Shown: piece by piece, positions 10,146 to 19,195 of the stretch | Position numbering within the stretch: position 1 is the first letter of the stretch | How the letters are laid out: each line of letters opens with the position of its first letter | Assembly (NCBI GenBank): GCA_035479295.1 | Contig: DATIIV010000033.1 | Coordinates: 2,901-66,900 of the forward strand | From: Candidatus Saccharimonadia bacterium | GTDB taxonomy: Bacteria; Patescibacteriota; Saccharimonadia; UBA4664 | Direction: 5' to 3' | DNA length: 64,000 nt | Position numbers and translations under genes: made by a program | The notes under the pieces: generated by a model | Seen by the model: the letters and a program-made list of their open reading frames with translations, nothing else | What the model was told of the DNA's origin: nothing | Database searches by the model: none

Positions 10146-10400
10146 TTATTGCGCCAGGTCTTTCTTAATAATCTCTTTGCGAAGCCACATCCGATCAGCC
10201 CTAGCTACGTTGCCATCGAACGTTACGCCCAATAACTCACTAATCCAGGCCCGCACCTTAGCCGGAATGCTCTCGTTCCACGGCGCCGCACTAGCGGCCT
10301 GAGCCGACTGGCCTTGCCGTTGCAGTAGCTCCGCGTAGGCAATGATGCCGGCGTAGGCGTCTATATCTAAATAACGCGAGCCCGAGGTAACGATGCGCAT
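10146..10400 (-). CDS. Small hypothetical protein, possible DHH-phosphoesterase N-terminal fragment
   Basis: IVTSGSRYLDIDAYAGIIAYAELL resembles the DHH motif I/II region (DxD...AYG) but the ORF is only 84 aa. It abuts the tsaC start. Confidence 0.25.
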   Translation of the reverse strand: MRIVTSGSRYLDIDAYAGIIAYAELLQRQGQSAQAASAAPWNESIPAKVRAWISELLGVTFDGNVARADRMWLRKEIIKKDLAQ

Positions 10401-10521
10401 GGTGCTTTCTGACCGTGATTAATGTCGGGCACAATAGTACCATTGGTTACGAGTTTTTGCACGTGCACACATAGGAATACATTGAGCAGTAGGCCCGACG
10501 TGCCGTATAGTTAATACACTT

Positions 10522-11358
10522 ATGCTTAAACCACGACCAGCCTGGCACATTGACGCAAAATGGGTCTGCGCCATCTTGCTCATGGGTTTGCTGGCGGTGA
10601 CATTGCCGGTGGTGGCGCTCTTTCGGTTGACGCAGATGGGGCCGGCCACCACCATCATTGCCTATACGCTGGTGGGGCTCACCAGCCCGCAGGGGATCGA
10701 TAGTCCGGCCGGCCTCGAAGAGCTGACGGCCAAGGTAGCGGCGACGGGTAGCGAGACGTTAACGGTGAGTGGTGTGGCGGTGACGATCACCCGAGCCGAC
10801 GTCCAAAAGCTGTCGCCGCGGCAGTTGCGGCTCAAAGTGTTTGGCGCCTTTGCAGCCGAGTTTTACCGGCTGGGCGCCAAAGGCGTGGCCGCGAGCCACC
10901 AGGCCAGCCCGGCCGACGCCACCAAGCTCCAGAGCGATGCGACCGCGCTCAGCTTCTTTACCAGCCAGAACCACGCGCGGATTGGCCTCGTGGCGGCGCT
11001 GCTAGTGGGCCTTAGCGCGCTGCTGACCGGGCTGCTAGTGCTCTTTAGTTACCGGGTGGGTCGGCTCGTGAGCCCCGGCCTGGTGCTTGGCTGGATGGGC
11101 GCGTCCGGGTTGGCGCTGGCGGCCGTAGCTACACACCTGGGCGCTCTACCGGCCGGCACCGCTCGTCCCGCCAGCGCCGACGGCCCCCTGGCGCTGGCCA
11201 GCGGCTTTGCTAACTATTTGGCGCCATTGGTGGTGCCGTACCTGGCTAGTACCTACCTGGCAGTGCTCGGCGCCGGGTTATTCCTGCTGGTATTGGCCGT
11301 GCTCGTTCGCCTGGTGATAGCAGTTAAGCGCCGCCGCTCGCCTCATTTACCCGCCTAA
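10522..11358 (+). CDS. Hypothetical membrane protein
   Basis: 278-aa ORF with several TM segments. No motif. Confidence 0.45.
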   Translation: MLKPRPAWHIDAKWVCAILLMGLLAVTLPVVALFRLTQMGPATTIIAYTLVGLTSPQGIDSPAGLEELTAKVAATGSETLTVSGVAVTITRADVQKLSPRQLRLKVFGAFAAEFYRLGAKGVAASHQASPADATKLQSDATALSFFTSQNHARIGLVAALLVGLSALLTGLLVLFSYRVGRLVSPGLVLGWMGASGLALAAVATHLGALPAGTARPASADGPLALASGFANYLAPLVVPYLASTYLAVLGAGLFLLVLAVLVRLVIAVKRRRSPHLPA

Positions 11359-11421
11359 GCTCATAATTTTTTATAATATCCTCCACATTACTAGCCACGC
11401 GCCTCCCGCTATAGTTGGGTC

Positions 11422-12324
11422 ATGGAATCGATTGGGCACGAAGCAAAGACCGTTCTGGTCACCGGTGGCGCCGGCCATGTGGGATCGCACGTCATCGAGC
11501 AGCTGCTGGCCCAGTATCCGGCCTATCGCGTCATCTCGCTCGACAACTACTCCAATGGCCATACCCTCAATCATATTGCCGGCGCCGAGTATCGGGCCGG
11601 CGACACCAAGAACATCGCTCGCGAGGTGCCGGAGCAGCCCGACATCGTCTACCACCTGGGCGAGTACGCTCGCATTGCGCCATCGTTTACTGAACCCGAG
11701 CGCGTCTACGAGCTCAATGTGCAGGGCACTTTTGCCGTCGCCGAGTTCTGTCGGCAGCGGGGCGCCAAGCTAGTTTATGCCGCCTCGAGCACCAAATTTG
11801 CCATTGAGGGCGATGGCCGCCACCAAAATCCGTACTCGTTTACCAAGGCCACCAATGTCGATCTGATCAACGATTATGGCCGTTGGTACAACCTGCCCTA
11901 TGCCATTTGCTATTTTTATAATGCTTATGGTCCGCGCGAAAAGGGCACCGGCCAGTACGCCACCCTCATCGCCAAGTTTGAGCAGAAATATCTGCGCGGC
12001 GAGCCGTTTACAGTGGTGCGTCCAGGCACGCAAAAGCGCAACTTTACCTATGTAGGTGATCTGGCGCGCGGCCTCATTCTAACGGGCGAGCGTGGCCAGG
12101 GTGATGGCTATGCGCTTGGTAATACCAACGGATTTTCCATTGTAGAAATAGCCGAAGCCTTTGGTGGGCCCATCGAGTACATCGACGGCTACCCAGGCCG
12201 GGCCGAGTCGGGCCAGGCGCCCACCAAGGCGCGCCAGGAGCTGGGCTGGGATACCACGGTGGATATTCTGGACTACATTCGCGACTTTGTGCGGGAGCAC
12301 CCGCGGGCGGGGATTAACCGCTGA
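11422..12324 (+). CDS. NAD-dependent epimerase/dehydratase (extended SDR)
   Basis: VLVTGGAGHVGSHVIEQLL Rossmann motif plus Y...K catalytic region YSFTKA. Confidence 0.8.
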   Translation: MESIGHEAKTVLVTGGAGHVGSHVIEQLLAQYPAYRVISLDNYSNGHTLNHIAGAEYRAGDTKNIAREVPEQPDIVYHLGEYARIAPSFTEPERVYELNVQGTFAVAEFCRQRGAKLVYAASSTKFAIEGDGRHQNPYSFTKATNVDLINDYGRWYNLPYAICYFYNAYGPREKGTGQYATLIAKFEQKYLRGEPFTVVRPGTQKRNFTYVGDLARGLILTGERGQGDGYALGNTNGFSIVEIAEAFGGPIEYIDGYPGRAESGQAPTKARQELGWDTTVDILDYIRDFVREHPRAGINR

Positions 12325-12865
12325 TCGCTATCAGTACAATGCTTAGGTGCGATAGATAGATGTAAGCCAGTTCGTAAATAATAAAGCGAGGTCGGTTTAC
12401 CATCATAGCAACAAAGAGGAGGGCCATGACTACCGCGAGTGTATACTCGGCCCAGCCCACCAGGCCGCTCTGTATCTGGGCAAAGAGAACAGCCAGCACG
12501 AACATAGCCACGCCCATGAGATAGGCAAAGATGCTGTGCGCTCGGCGAATCCAGCCATAAGTGGCCGGAAGTATACCCAGTACTATCTCGCTGAGGCACA
12601 TAACGAGAGCAGCGGCGCTAATCCCCGCCGAGGTGTGGCTGCGTGGCGCTACATAGAGCAGGAGCGTTAGCCCAAATAAAACTGAGCAGGGAAACAGAAT
12701 GAGCCGGAACACCAGCAGTCCTCGTGGTGATGCCGCGGCCATGTCGCTGAGTGGCCGTGGCTGAGCTGAATCATGCAGCCTCAGCGCGAGCCAAGTTAGG
12801 CCGGTCATCGAGACGATAGTGGCCAAAACGGCCGGATAGATCCAAATGGATGAGCTGAGCCTCAA
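12314..12865 (-). CDS. Hypothetical 6-TM membrane protein
   Basis: Hydrophobic 183-aa ORF, tightly packed with the two downstream minus-strand genes. Confidence 0.4.
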   Translation of the reverse strand: MRLSSSIWIYPAVLATIVSMTGLTWLALRLHDSAQPRPLSDMAAASPRGLLVFRLILFPCSVLFGLTLLLYVAPRSHTSAGISAAALVMCLSEIVLGILPATYGWIRRAHSIFAYLMGVAMFVLAVLFAQIQSGLVGWAEYTLAVVMALLFVAMMVNRPRFIIYELAYIYLSHLSIVLIAISG

Positions 12866-12866
12866 T

Positions 12867-13400
12867 TTACCGCCGCCGTTGATAGACCAGCAGACTTACT
12901 ATCGTCAGCGCCGTTACTGCAAAGCCAATTGCGGCCGCCATCACCACTGGAGAGGTTGACGGTGCAGCGCCCCGGCCCACGCGCACATCGTAAGCCAGGC
13001 TAAACGGCTGAAACTCTCCTGCCTGCCGCGGCTTGCTCTGGAGTGTTATATCGTAGACTACCGGCCGCGGAAAGGTGTAGACGACCTCAAGCATTGACGT
13101 TCGCGGAGCCTCCTGGGCCGTAATTGGCCGGTCCATCAGGGTGCGATCGCCGTCCTTAATAACGAGGCGGCAGTCGCAGGCGGCGGCGGTAAACTTATGC
13201 TCAGAATCGGTTAGGCTAAACCACAGTCCTGTTTTCTGCCCGGCCGTCGGCTCGTCATCTGGGTTAATGTGGAGCAGCGCCTTAATGGCGCCATCGGCCT
13301 CCAGCGTGTGAGCCGATGCCACCAGCGGCCAGCCAGCACCCCAAATTATGGCTATGAGGAGCCCGAGAATGGCAAATTGACGTAGCTTCATGTCTGGCAT
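12867..13400 (-). CDS. Secreted, C-terminally anchored hypothetical protein, possible CopC/YcnI-like metal-binding fold
   Basis: Signal peptide ...LVASA|HTLEADG leaves an N-terminal His after predicted cleavage, and there is a C-terminal TM helix. The assignment is weak. Confidence 0.35.
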   Translation of the reverse strand: MPDMKLRQFAILGLLIAIIWGAGWPLVASAHTLEADGAIKALLHINPDDEPTAGQKTGLWFSLTDSEHKFTAAACDCRLVIKDGDRTLMDRPITAQEAPRTSMLEVVYTFPRPVVYDITLQSKPRQAGEFQPFSLAYDVRVGRGAAPSTSPVVMAAAIGFAVTALTIVSLLVYQRRR

Positions 13401-13424
13401 TGTAGCAAGCGGGCCAGAATGTCG

Positions 13425-13736
13425 CTAACGAATGACCAGCAGAGCCACAAACGTCAGCATGAGCAGCACCAAGAACGATGCCATGGTGTAGCCCAGCAAC
13501 TCCAGCGCCGCTCGCTTCTTGCCGTCGATGTACCACATGAGTGGTTGGCCAAATACCAAAATGCCCATTAACGCCGCTGAAAAGACCAGCAGCATAAGTG
13601 CCGCGACCGGTGCTAGCGCCGTGTCCTTCTGCCCAAAGATGCGCGAGGCGTTCGACATAAAGAGCCCCACCGCCGTAATGTAGGCGAATGCCGCCAAGGC
13701 ATTGGTGGCTGCTCGTTTGACGATAGTTGATTTCAT
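13425..13736 (-). CDS. Small 3-TM membrane protein
   Basis: 103-aa hydrophobic ORF. Confidence 0.4.
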   Translation of the reverse strand: MKSTIVKRAATNALAAFAYITAVGLFMSNASRIFGQKDTALAPVAALMLLVFSAALMGILVFGQPLMWYIDGKKRAALELLGYTMASFLVLLMLTFVALLVIR

Positions 13737-13837
13737 GGGCTTATTATAGCGGCAAAGCGATAAAGAGACTATAAGGAAGTCCTTGCGTTCGATAAAATAT
13801 AACCGAAACTAACCACCCACCAAGGACAACAACCTCC

Positions 13838-14272
13838 ATGCCAACGATCAACCCCTACATCAACTTCAACGGCAATGCCGAAGAAGCCTTTAATTTTTAC
13901 AGATCGGTGTTCGGGGGAGAGTTCGAAACGATTATACGCTTCAAAGATCTCAAAAGCCCGGAGCTTCCTATAGCCGAAAACGAGGCCAATAACATTATGC
14001 GCATTACGTTGCCTATCGGAGAAAACACGCTCATAGCCAATGATGTGCCCGAGAGTATGGGGCCAGTCAATGAGCAAGAGAATCGGTCTAAGATATCGGT
14101 TAGCGCGCAAAGCCGGGCCGAAGCCGACAAAATCTTCGCGGGGCTTACGCCGGGCGGAACGATTGAAATGCCGCTGAGCGATAGTCCGTGGGGTACTTAT
14201 TTTGGAATGTTTAGGGACAAATTTGGTATTGAGTGGACGGTGGAATTCGAAGGAGACAAGAAAGAAGCCTGA
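13838..14272 (+). CDS. VOC-family (glyoxalase/PhnB-like) protein
   Basis: INPYINFNGNAEEAFNFY...GIEW matches the PhnB-like VOC fold. About 45% GC. Confidence 0.75.
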   Translation: MPTINPYINFNGNAEEAFNFYRSVFGGEFETIIRFKDLKSPELPIAENEANNIMRITLPIGENTLIANDVPESMGPVNEQENRSKISVSAQSRAEADKIFAGLTPGGTIEMPLSDSPWGTYFGMFRDKFGIEWTVEFEGDKKEA

Positions 14273-14299
14273 TTGAGGCTTCTTTTCGTTGGATAGTTC

Positions 14300-14330
14300 C
14301 TGGCTCCGCATAGTGAAGGACGTTAGAACC
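14300..14330. repeat. Direct repeat copy A, tRNA-3'-end-like att-type sequence
   Basis: ctggctccgcatagtgaaggacgttagaacc matches the 16972-17002 copy at 28 of 31 positions. It shares ttcctggctccg with the 3' end of tRNA-Asn at 17438-17449. Confidence 0.5.
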
Positions 14331-14449
14331 GTTGTGTCGTCTTTAGCGCTTAACATAAGCAAAATATTTATTTGTTTACATTCAACTTGCCAATGTAAAC
14401 AAAACAGGCTATTCTGTTTACGTTAACTAACGAGATGTAAACAAACCGT

Positions 14450-15610
14450 ATGAGTGTCATAGGCAACTACCGAAAGCAGCCGAAAGGCTTTAACGCTTTT
14501 ATTCCTAATTCATTTCCCCCGACGGAAGAGATTGCGATATCAAGGGAATTGTCTCAGAAACATACTGAGGCCGTTAGGCTCGTGGGCAAGCTAGACGGTA
14601 TTACCGAATTGCTCCCAGACAAAGATTATTTCTTGGAAATGTTTGTTCGCAAAGATGCATCTTCTTCAAGTCAGATAGAGGGAACAAAAGCCACGATGAT
14701 GGACGCCATTGAAGCGGCCAACATCGAGCGTGGATCAGATCTTCCCGATGACGTTGATGATATTCTTCATTACATTAATGCATTAAATTTCGGGCTCAAG
14801 CGCGCAAAGGAGCTCCCATTAAGCCTGCGGCTTATTCAGGAGCTGCATGAAAAACTCATGACCGACGCGCGAAGCACACATAACGCTTATCCGGGAGAAT
14901 TCCGCCGTAGCCAAAACTGGATTGGTGGAACAAGACCAGATAACGCCCGATTTGTGCCGCCTCCGGTTCATGAAATGAAGCAAGCGCTAGGCGAGCTTGA
15001 GAACTTCGTGTATGGAGAAGACAACTACCCTCCACTCATCAAGGCGGGACTGATTCACGCTCAATTTGAGACTATCCACCCTTTTGCAGATGGTAACGGG
15101 AGAACGGGGCGTATGCTGGTCACTATGTATTTATGGCAGCTTAAGCTACTTGAGATGCCGCTCCTATATCTTTCGGCTTACTTCAAGCAGCACCAGGACG
15201 CGTATTACGAGCGGCTCAATGGCTACCATTCGAAGGACGGGCATATCGATAGGTGGTTAGATTTTTTCATGGACGGGCTGATTGACACTGCCAAGTCGGC
15301 TATTACGACGTGCCAGAAAATCACCGCTTTGCGGGAGGAAGATATGCGTAAGGTGCAGCAACTCGGACGCGTATCGGCCCCGACCACAATCGAAGTGCTC
15401 AGAAACCTTTACAGGTTGCCCACCGTGGGCGTCGCAGATATTGCGGAGTGGACGGGCTTCACGCGCCCTGGAGCCTACAAGATGATAGATCGATTGGTAA
15501 AGATGGAAATACTTAGCCCCATCAAGGAACCGGGTTCTTATGGGCAGAAGTATACATATCGCAGATATGTCGAACTGTTTACTGATGAATCAAACGAAAA
15601 AGAGGCTTGA
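14450..15610 (+). CDS. Fic family protein (class II: internal inhibitory motif plus FIC core)
   Basis: FIC motif HPFADGNGRTGR. Upstream SSQIEG fits the [ST]xxxE[GN] inhibitory helix. Low GC. Confidence 0.85.
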   Translation: MSVIGNYRKQPKGFNAFIPNSFPPTEEIAISRELSQKHTEAVRLVGKLDGITELLPDKDYFLEMFVRKDASSSSQIEGTKATMMDAIEAANIERGSDLPDDVDDILHYINALNFGLKRAKELPLSLRLIQELHEKLMTDARSTHNAYPGEFRRSQNWIGGTRPDNARFVPPPVHEMKQALGELENFVYGEDNYPPLIKAGLIHAQFETIHPFADGNGRTGRMLVTMYLWQLKLLEMPLLYLSAYFKQHQDAYYERLNGYHSKDGHIDRWLDFFMDGLIDTAKSAITTCQKITALREEDMRKVQQLGRVSAPTTIEVLRNLYRLPTVGVADIAEWTGFTRPGAYKMIDRLVKMEILSPIKEPGSYGQKYTYRRYVELFTDESNEKEA

Positions 15611-15756
15611 AAAAGCCTCTTTTTAAACATAAGTTCTTTGGCTCCCCCTAGCCAACTTGTTCCCGAACCGAGAGGTTGAGCTGGAAAGCGACCTGTCCGC
15701 AACGGAAAAGCTAATTTCCAGCCTCGGCCTGGCTCTAAGCTGATAAAATCAATCCT

Positions 15757-16257
15757 ATGAAAACTATCTGCTCACTCGTAATTTCTGCCGACGGCCTCAT
15801 CGCCTATCCCGATGGCCGAAGCGTCTCATCCGACTACAACTGGCAAGTCTTCCAGCGTGAGGCTCACGACCACAACAACTTTATCGTCGGTCGGCGCACT
15901 TTTGAGCTGGCTACAGATGCGCTGGCCCAAGTTAAGTGCGACCACAAAATCATCGTTTCATCTCGCGCCGATCTGACTATCCCGCCAGGCTTCACTGTAG
16001 CCGCCACACCCCAGGCTGCCCTTGGCCATCTCAAAGACAAGGTCGAAGCCACCTACCTCGTCGGCGGTGCGGGCATCAATACTAGCTTTGCGGCTGCTGG
16101 TCTCATTGATGAGCTGGTCCTAACGGTCGAGCCAAAAGTGATTGGAGCAGGGGAGCATATGTTTTCGAGCGCCTTGAATGATGTAAAGCTGGAATTGCTA
16201 GAGTCTGAGCCTTTGCCAGACAATCGCATCCGCCTAAGCTATAGGATTGCCAAATGA
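15757..16257 (+). CDS. Dihydrofolate reductase family protein (RibD C-terminal domain-like)
   Basis: MKTICSLVISADGLIAYPDG...FIVGRRTF matches the YwjB/RibD_C pattern. Confidence 0.7.
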   Translation: MKTICSLVISADGLIAYPDGRSVSSDYNWQVFQREAHDHNNFIVGRRTFELATDALAQVKCDHKIIVSSRADLTIPPGFTVAATPQAALGHLKDKVEATYLVGGAGINTSFAAAGLIDELVLTVEPKVIGAGEHMFSSALNDVKLELLESEPLPDNRIRLSYRIAK

Positions 16258-16850
16258 CCAAATACGTCGTAAATTCTGGCGGCATCTTTAATGGCGGCGA
16301 CATGGGCCGCGCCTTTTTCAACGAGGTCATCAAAGGCTTAGGCTCAAGCCCCATCATCCTCATGTGCTTTTTCGCTAGCCCACGCGAAGAGTGGCAAGAG
16401 AGGTTTCCTAAATACACCGATGGCTTTAAGGCTGTTCTCTCGGATAGGGTTGACCCAACGTTTGAATTAGCCTTGCCCGAAAAGTTCGCGGCGCAAGTAG
16501 CCGCGTGTGATGCCCTCTACATGCACGGCGGCGACAACGACCGCATTATGACTGCATTGCGCCAATACGACCTGCCAAAAACGTGGGACAACAAGGTTGT
16601 AGCCACCAATTCGGCCAGCTCAATCGCTTTAGCGGCCCACTCATGGACCTGCGACGAGCGCAAATGTGTTAATGGCTTGGGCATCTTACCTATCAGGTTC
16701 ATCGCCCATTACCAATCAAATTATGGGGCTGACGACCCACGCGGGCCGATCGACTGGCAAAAAGGCTACGATGAATTGGCCGCCTATGGCGGTCAAAGCC
16801 TCCCCATCTACGCGCTCAAAGAAGGCGAGCTTAAAGTATTTGAGGGTTAG
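16254..16850 (+). CDS. Peptidase E-like / class I glutamine amidotransferase-like protein (S51 family, putative)
   Basis: LYMHGGDNDRIM...ATNSASSIALAAH nucleophile-elbow-like region. Translationally coupled to the upstream gene through an ATGA overlap. Confidence 0.5.
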   Translation: MTKYVVNSGGIFNGGDMGRAFFNEVIKGLGSSPIILMCFFASPREEWQERFPKYTDGFKAVLSDRVDPTFELALPEKFAAQVAACDALYMHGGDNDRIMTALRQYDLPKTWDNKVVATNSASSIALAAHSWTCDERKCVNGLGILPIRFIAHYQSNYGADDPRGPIDWQKGYDELAAYGGQSLPIYALKEGELKVFEG

Positions 16851-16971
16851 CCACTCGACTAGAGTGAGCTAGCGCGACACGGCTCGTTTTATAGCCTCAA
16901 AGACGACGCTGAAATAAGTGTTGCCATGAGGCACATATCGATTTGATGGCTTCTTGCGTAAAAAATGATAA

Positions 16972-17002
16972 CTGGCTCCGGATCGTGGAGGACGTTAGAA
17001 CC
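16972..17002. repeat. Direct repeat copy B, tRNA-3'-end-like att-type sequence
   Basis: ctggctccggatcgtggaggacgttagaacc, paired with 14300-14330. Confidence 0.5.
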
Positions 17003-17034
17003 ACCGGAAAACGATCGTTGATACCCCCTCATGG

Positions 17035-17388
17035 CTATATAAGCATGTAGGAATATGCCAACAGCGTTACCGTGCCACCTAGGAGCGCTGCCAGGCCAAG
17101 AATTACGAGGGTCACGAACTTATCATCACGCATAGTTTTCTTGCTCGTTAGCACCAGCGGCAATGCCCCCAGGAGCGCAAATCCCCAGTAAACGACTTGC
17201 GCCAGGCCATCGCTACTATGATAGGGGGCAACTGCGCTACTGCAGTGATTGCCGCAATCGAGGTGACCTATGTCGGCGCCCCAAATGATCAAAAAGAAAG
17301 CCAGAGCGCCCACCGCCAAACAGCAGGCAAACAAAAAACCGAGGGATAAGAGGATGCCGAGAACAGAGGGTTTCTGAGGCTCTTTCAT
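17035..17388 (-). CDS. Hypothetical small membrane protein (low GC)
   Basis: The longest ORF would overlap the tRNA, so the start is placed at the internal ATG at 17388 (MKEPQKPSV...). About 45% GC. Confidence 0.4.
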   Translation of the reverse strand: MKEPQKPSVLGILLSLGFLFACCLAVGALAFFLIIWGADIGHLDCGNHCSSAVAPYHSSDGLAQVVYWGFALLGALPLVLTSKKTMRDDKFVTLVILGLAALLGGTVTLLAYSYMLI

Positions 17389-17443
17389 TATGGTTAAGTA
17401 TAGCAAAAAAGAGACCTTAAGCCTCTTTTTGATAAATAATTCC

Positions 17444-17518
17444 TGGCTCCGGAGGTCGGGCTCGAACCGACGACCCAACGGTTAACAGCCGTTTGCTCTA
17501 CCACTGAGCTACTCCGGA
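17444..17518 (-). tRNA. tRNA-Asn (anticodon GTT)
   Basis: Reverse complement folds as a cloverleaf: acceptor TCCGGAG / CTCCGGA, D-arm TAGCTCAGTGGTAGAGCA, anticodon loop CTGTTAA, T-arm GTCGGTTCGAGCCCGAC, discriminator G, encoded CCA. Confidence 0.85.
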
Positions 17519-17537
17519 TCACCTTTTGTACCAGCCG

Positions 17538-17566
17538 ATTATACCTAGGGGTGGGCGATTGGTCAA
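17538..17566 (-). promoter_or_regulatory. Sigma-70-like promoter for tRNA-Asn
   Basis: On the minus strand TTGACC-17nt-TATAAT sits about 17 nt upstream of the tRNA 5' end. Confidence 0.45.
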
Positions 17567-17637
17567 TGTGGTGGGGCGGCCGAGTGGCCGGCGCCTCGCA
17601 ACTTTACAGTCCCGCTCCAACCGGCTACGATTCAGAT

Positions 17638-18171
17638 ATGTCAAAGCGGTTGTTGTTAATTTTGGCCATTGTATTAGTGGCGGGCGGATTGTATGTGCGC
17701 GCACAGAACCAACGCCAGGCGCAGAAGCTGGCCGATGTGCTGGTGGCGGCCGATAAAGCCGCTCAGGATACCAAGGTGCCGCTGCAGAGCCTACGTGATT
17801 ACGTGGCGGCGCACATGGGCGCTCGGACTACGGTGACGCTGCAGGCGGCCTACGACCGAGCAGTGGCCGCGGCCAAGGCCCAGGCCAACGCGCAGGCGGC
17901 CAACGATCAGGTGTATGCCGACGCTCAGCGAGCCTGCATGAGCAAGGCCGACTCATTGGTGCAGGCGCACTGCAATCAGCAGTATTTGGCCAACCACCTG
18001 GTGGCCCTGCCGCCGGCCGGCCCTGTAGCGGCGCCCAAGCTGGCCGATTATCGGTACAATTTGCGCGCACCACTGTGGACGCCTGACTTGGCTGGCGCGC
18101 TGCTGCTGGGCGCCGCCGTGGCGCTGGCTTGGCTTGGCCTTAAGCTGCTGCGGCTGAGGCGCCGACGATGA
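17638..18171 (+). CDS. Hypothetical N-terminally anchored protein
   Basis: MSKRLLLILAIVLVAGGLYV TM anchor then an Ala/Gln-rich region. An upstream in-frame extension to 17551 is possible. Confidence 0.4.
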   Translation: MSKRLLLILAIVLVAGGLYVRAQNQRQAQKLADVLVAADKAAQDTKVPLQSLRDYVAAHMGARTTVTLQAAYDRAVAAAKAQANAQAANDQVYADAQRACMSKADSLVQAHCNQQYLANHLVALPPAGPVAAPKLADYRYNLRAPLWTPDLAGALLLGAAVALAWLGLKLLRLRRRR

Positions 18172-18770
18172 CCTGGCAAGATCTGCTGCGCCGGTTTGGG
18201 CGCGTACTGCGGCCCACCTTGGCGCAGGCGCTGGGTGCCATCTTTTTGGCGCTGGCCACACTCACCTTGGCTCAGACTCAGTCGATCTTTGCCCGGCTCG
18301 GTATTAGCCAGGAGGCCGTGACCGCCACCCATAACCAGGTGTTGATGCGGTTTGGGGTGATTCTGGAGTCGTCGATTACGGCCAACGTGGCGCTGGTGAC
18401 GTTCTGGGCCACCGTCGGCCTCATCGCCTATCTGGTGTGCTGGGGGCTGTACAACGTTATCATCGAAGCGCGCAATGAAGTGACCCTGGAGACGCAGTAC
18501 ATGAACCGCGGTCACTGGCATGGGGCAGTGGAGACGCTGGCGCTCAAAGCCGTGGCCGGGGTGATTCTCATGCTCTACGTCGGCGCCTTTAAGTATGGCC
18601 TCTCGCTCTGGCTGGCCCTGGCGTCGGCGCCGTTGGATGACCTTTCGACCATGAGTGTGCTTATGGCGGTCCTCGGCGTTCTTGGTTTTGCATCGCAATT
18701 ATATGGCCTTTTAGTGCTCGTTCAATTGACAATTACCCCCTGGTATCGCAAAAAAGCGTTTACAGCGTGA
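18168..18770 (+). CDS. Hypothetical membrane protein
   Basis: ATGA overlap with the upstream gene. About 5 TM helices. Confidence 0.45.
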   Translation: MTWQDLLRRFGRVLRPTLAQALGAIFLALATLTLAQTQSIFARLGISQEAVTATHNQVLMRFGVILESSITANVALVTFWATVGLIAYLVCWGLYNVIIEARNEVTLETQYMNRGHWHGAVETLALKAVAGVILMLYVGAFKYGLSLWLALASAPLDDLSTMSVLMAVLGVLGFASQLYGLLVLVQLTITPWYRKKAFTA

Positions 18771-18872
18771 CGAATATAGGCTACACTTTCACCCGTAAGT
18801 ATTAATCGTCCCGAAGACGATCGTCGTCCCAGCCCTGAGCTTGGCGATACATAATAAGCGGAGCCAAGTTAC

Positions 18873-19133
18873 GTGGCCAAGAAACTGTTCGTCGGCAACC
18901 TGCCGTATACACTAACCAATGAGGAACTCGCCGAGTTCTTCGCTAAGTTCGGTGAGGTCGAGGAGGCTACGGTCATCATGGACCGTGCCACCGGCCGCTC
19001 CAAGGGCTTTGGTTTCGTCTCGATGCCTGACGACAACGCCGCCGACACCGCTATCGCCCAGGGCGACGGTGCCGACCTCGACGGTCGCAAGCTGACCGTC
19101 AGCGAGGCCCGTCCCAAGGCCGACGCTCGCTAG
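18873..19133 (+). CDS. RNA-binding protein with RRM domain
   Basis: RNP2 KLFVGNL and RNP1 KGFGFVSM motifs. GTG start. Confidence 0.8.
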   Translation: MAKKLFVGNLPYTLTNEELAEFFAKFGEVEEATVIMDRATGRSKGFGFVSMPDDNAADTAIAQGDGADLDGRKLTVSEARPKADAR

Positions 19134-19150
19134 GTTAACGCCTCAGCACT

Positions 19151-19176
19151 AAAAAAGACCCGCCAGGGTCTTTTTT
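19151..19176. terminator. Bidirectional rho-independent terminator
   Basis: AAAAAA-AGACCC-gcca-GGGTCT-TTTTTT between convergent genes. Confidence 0.6.
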
Positions 19177-19195
19177 AGTTGGGCCGGCTGGTATT

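Noticed and set aside
13769-14362. 197-aa minus-strand ORF across the VOC gene region
   Set aside because: It is fully antisense to the VOC/PhnB-like gene, which has clear motif support. Its composition is low-complexity with no SD.
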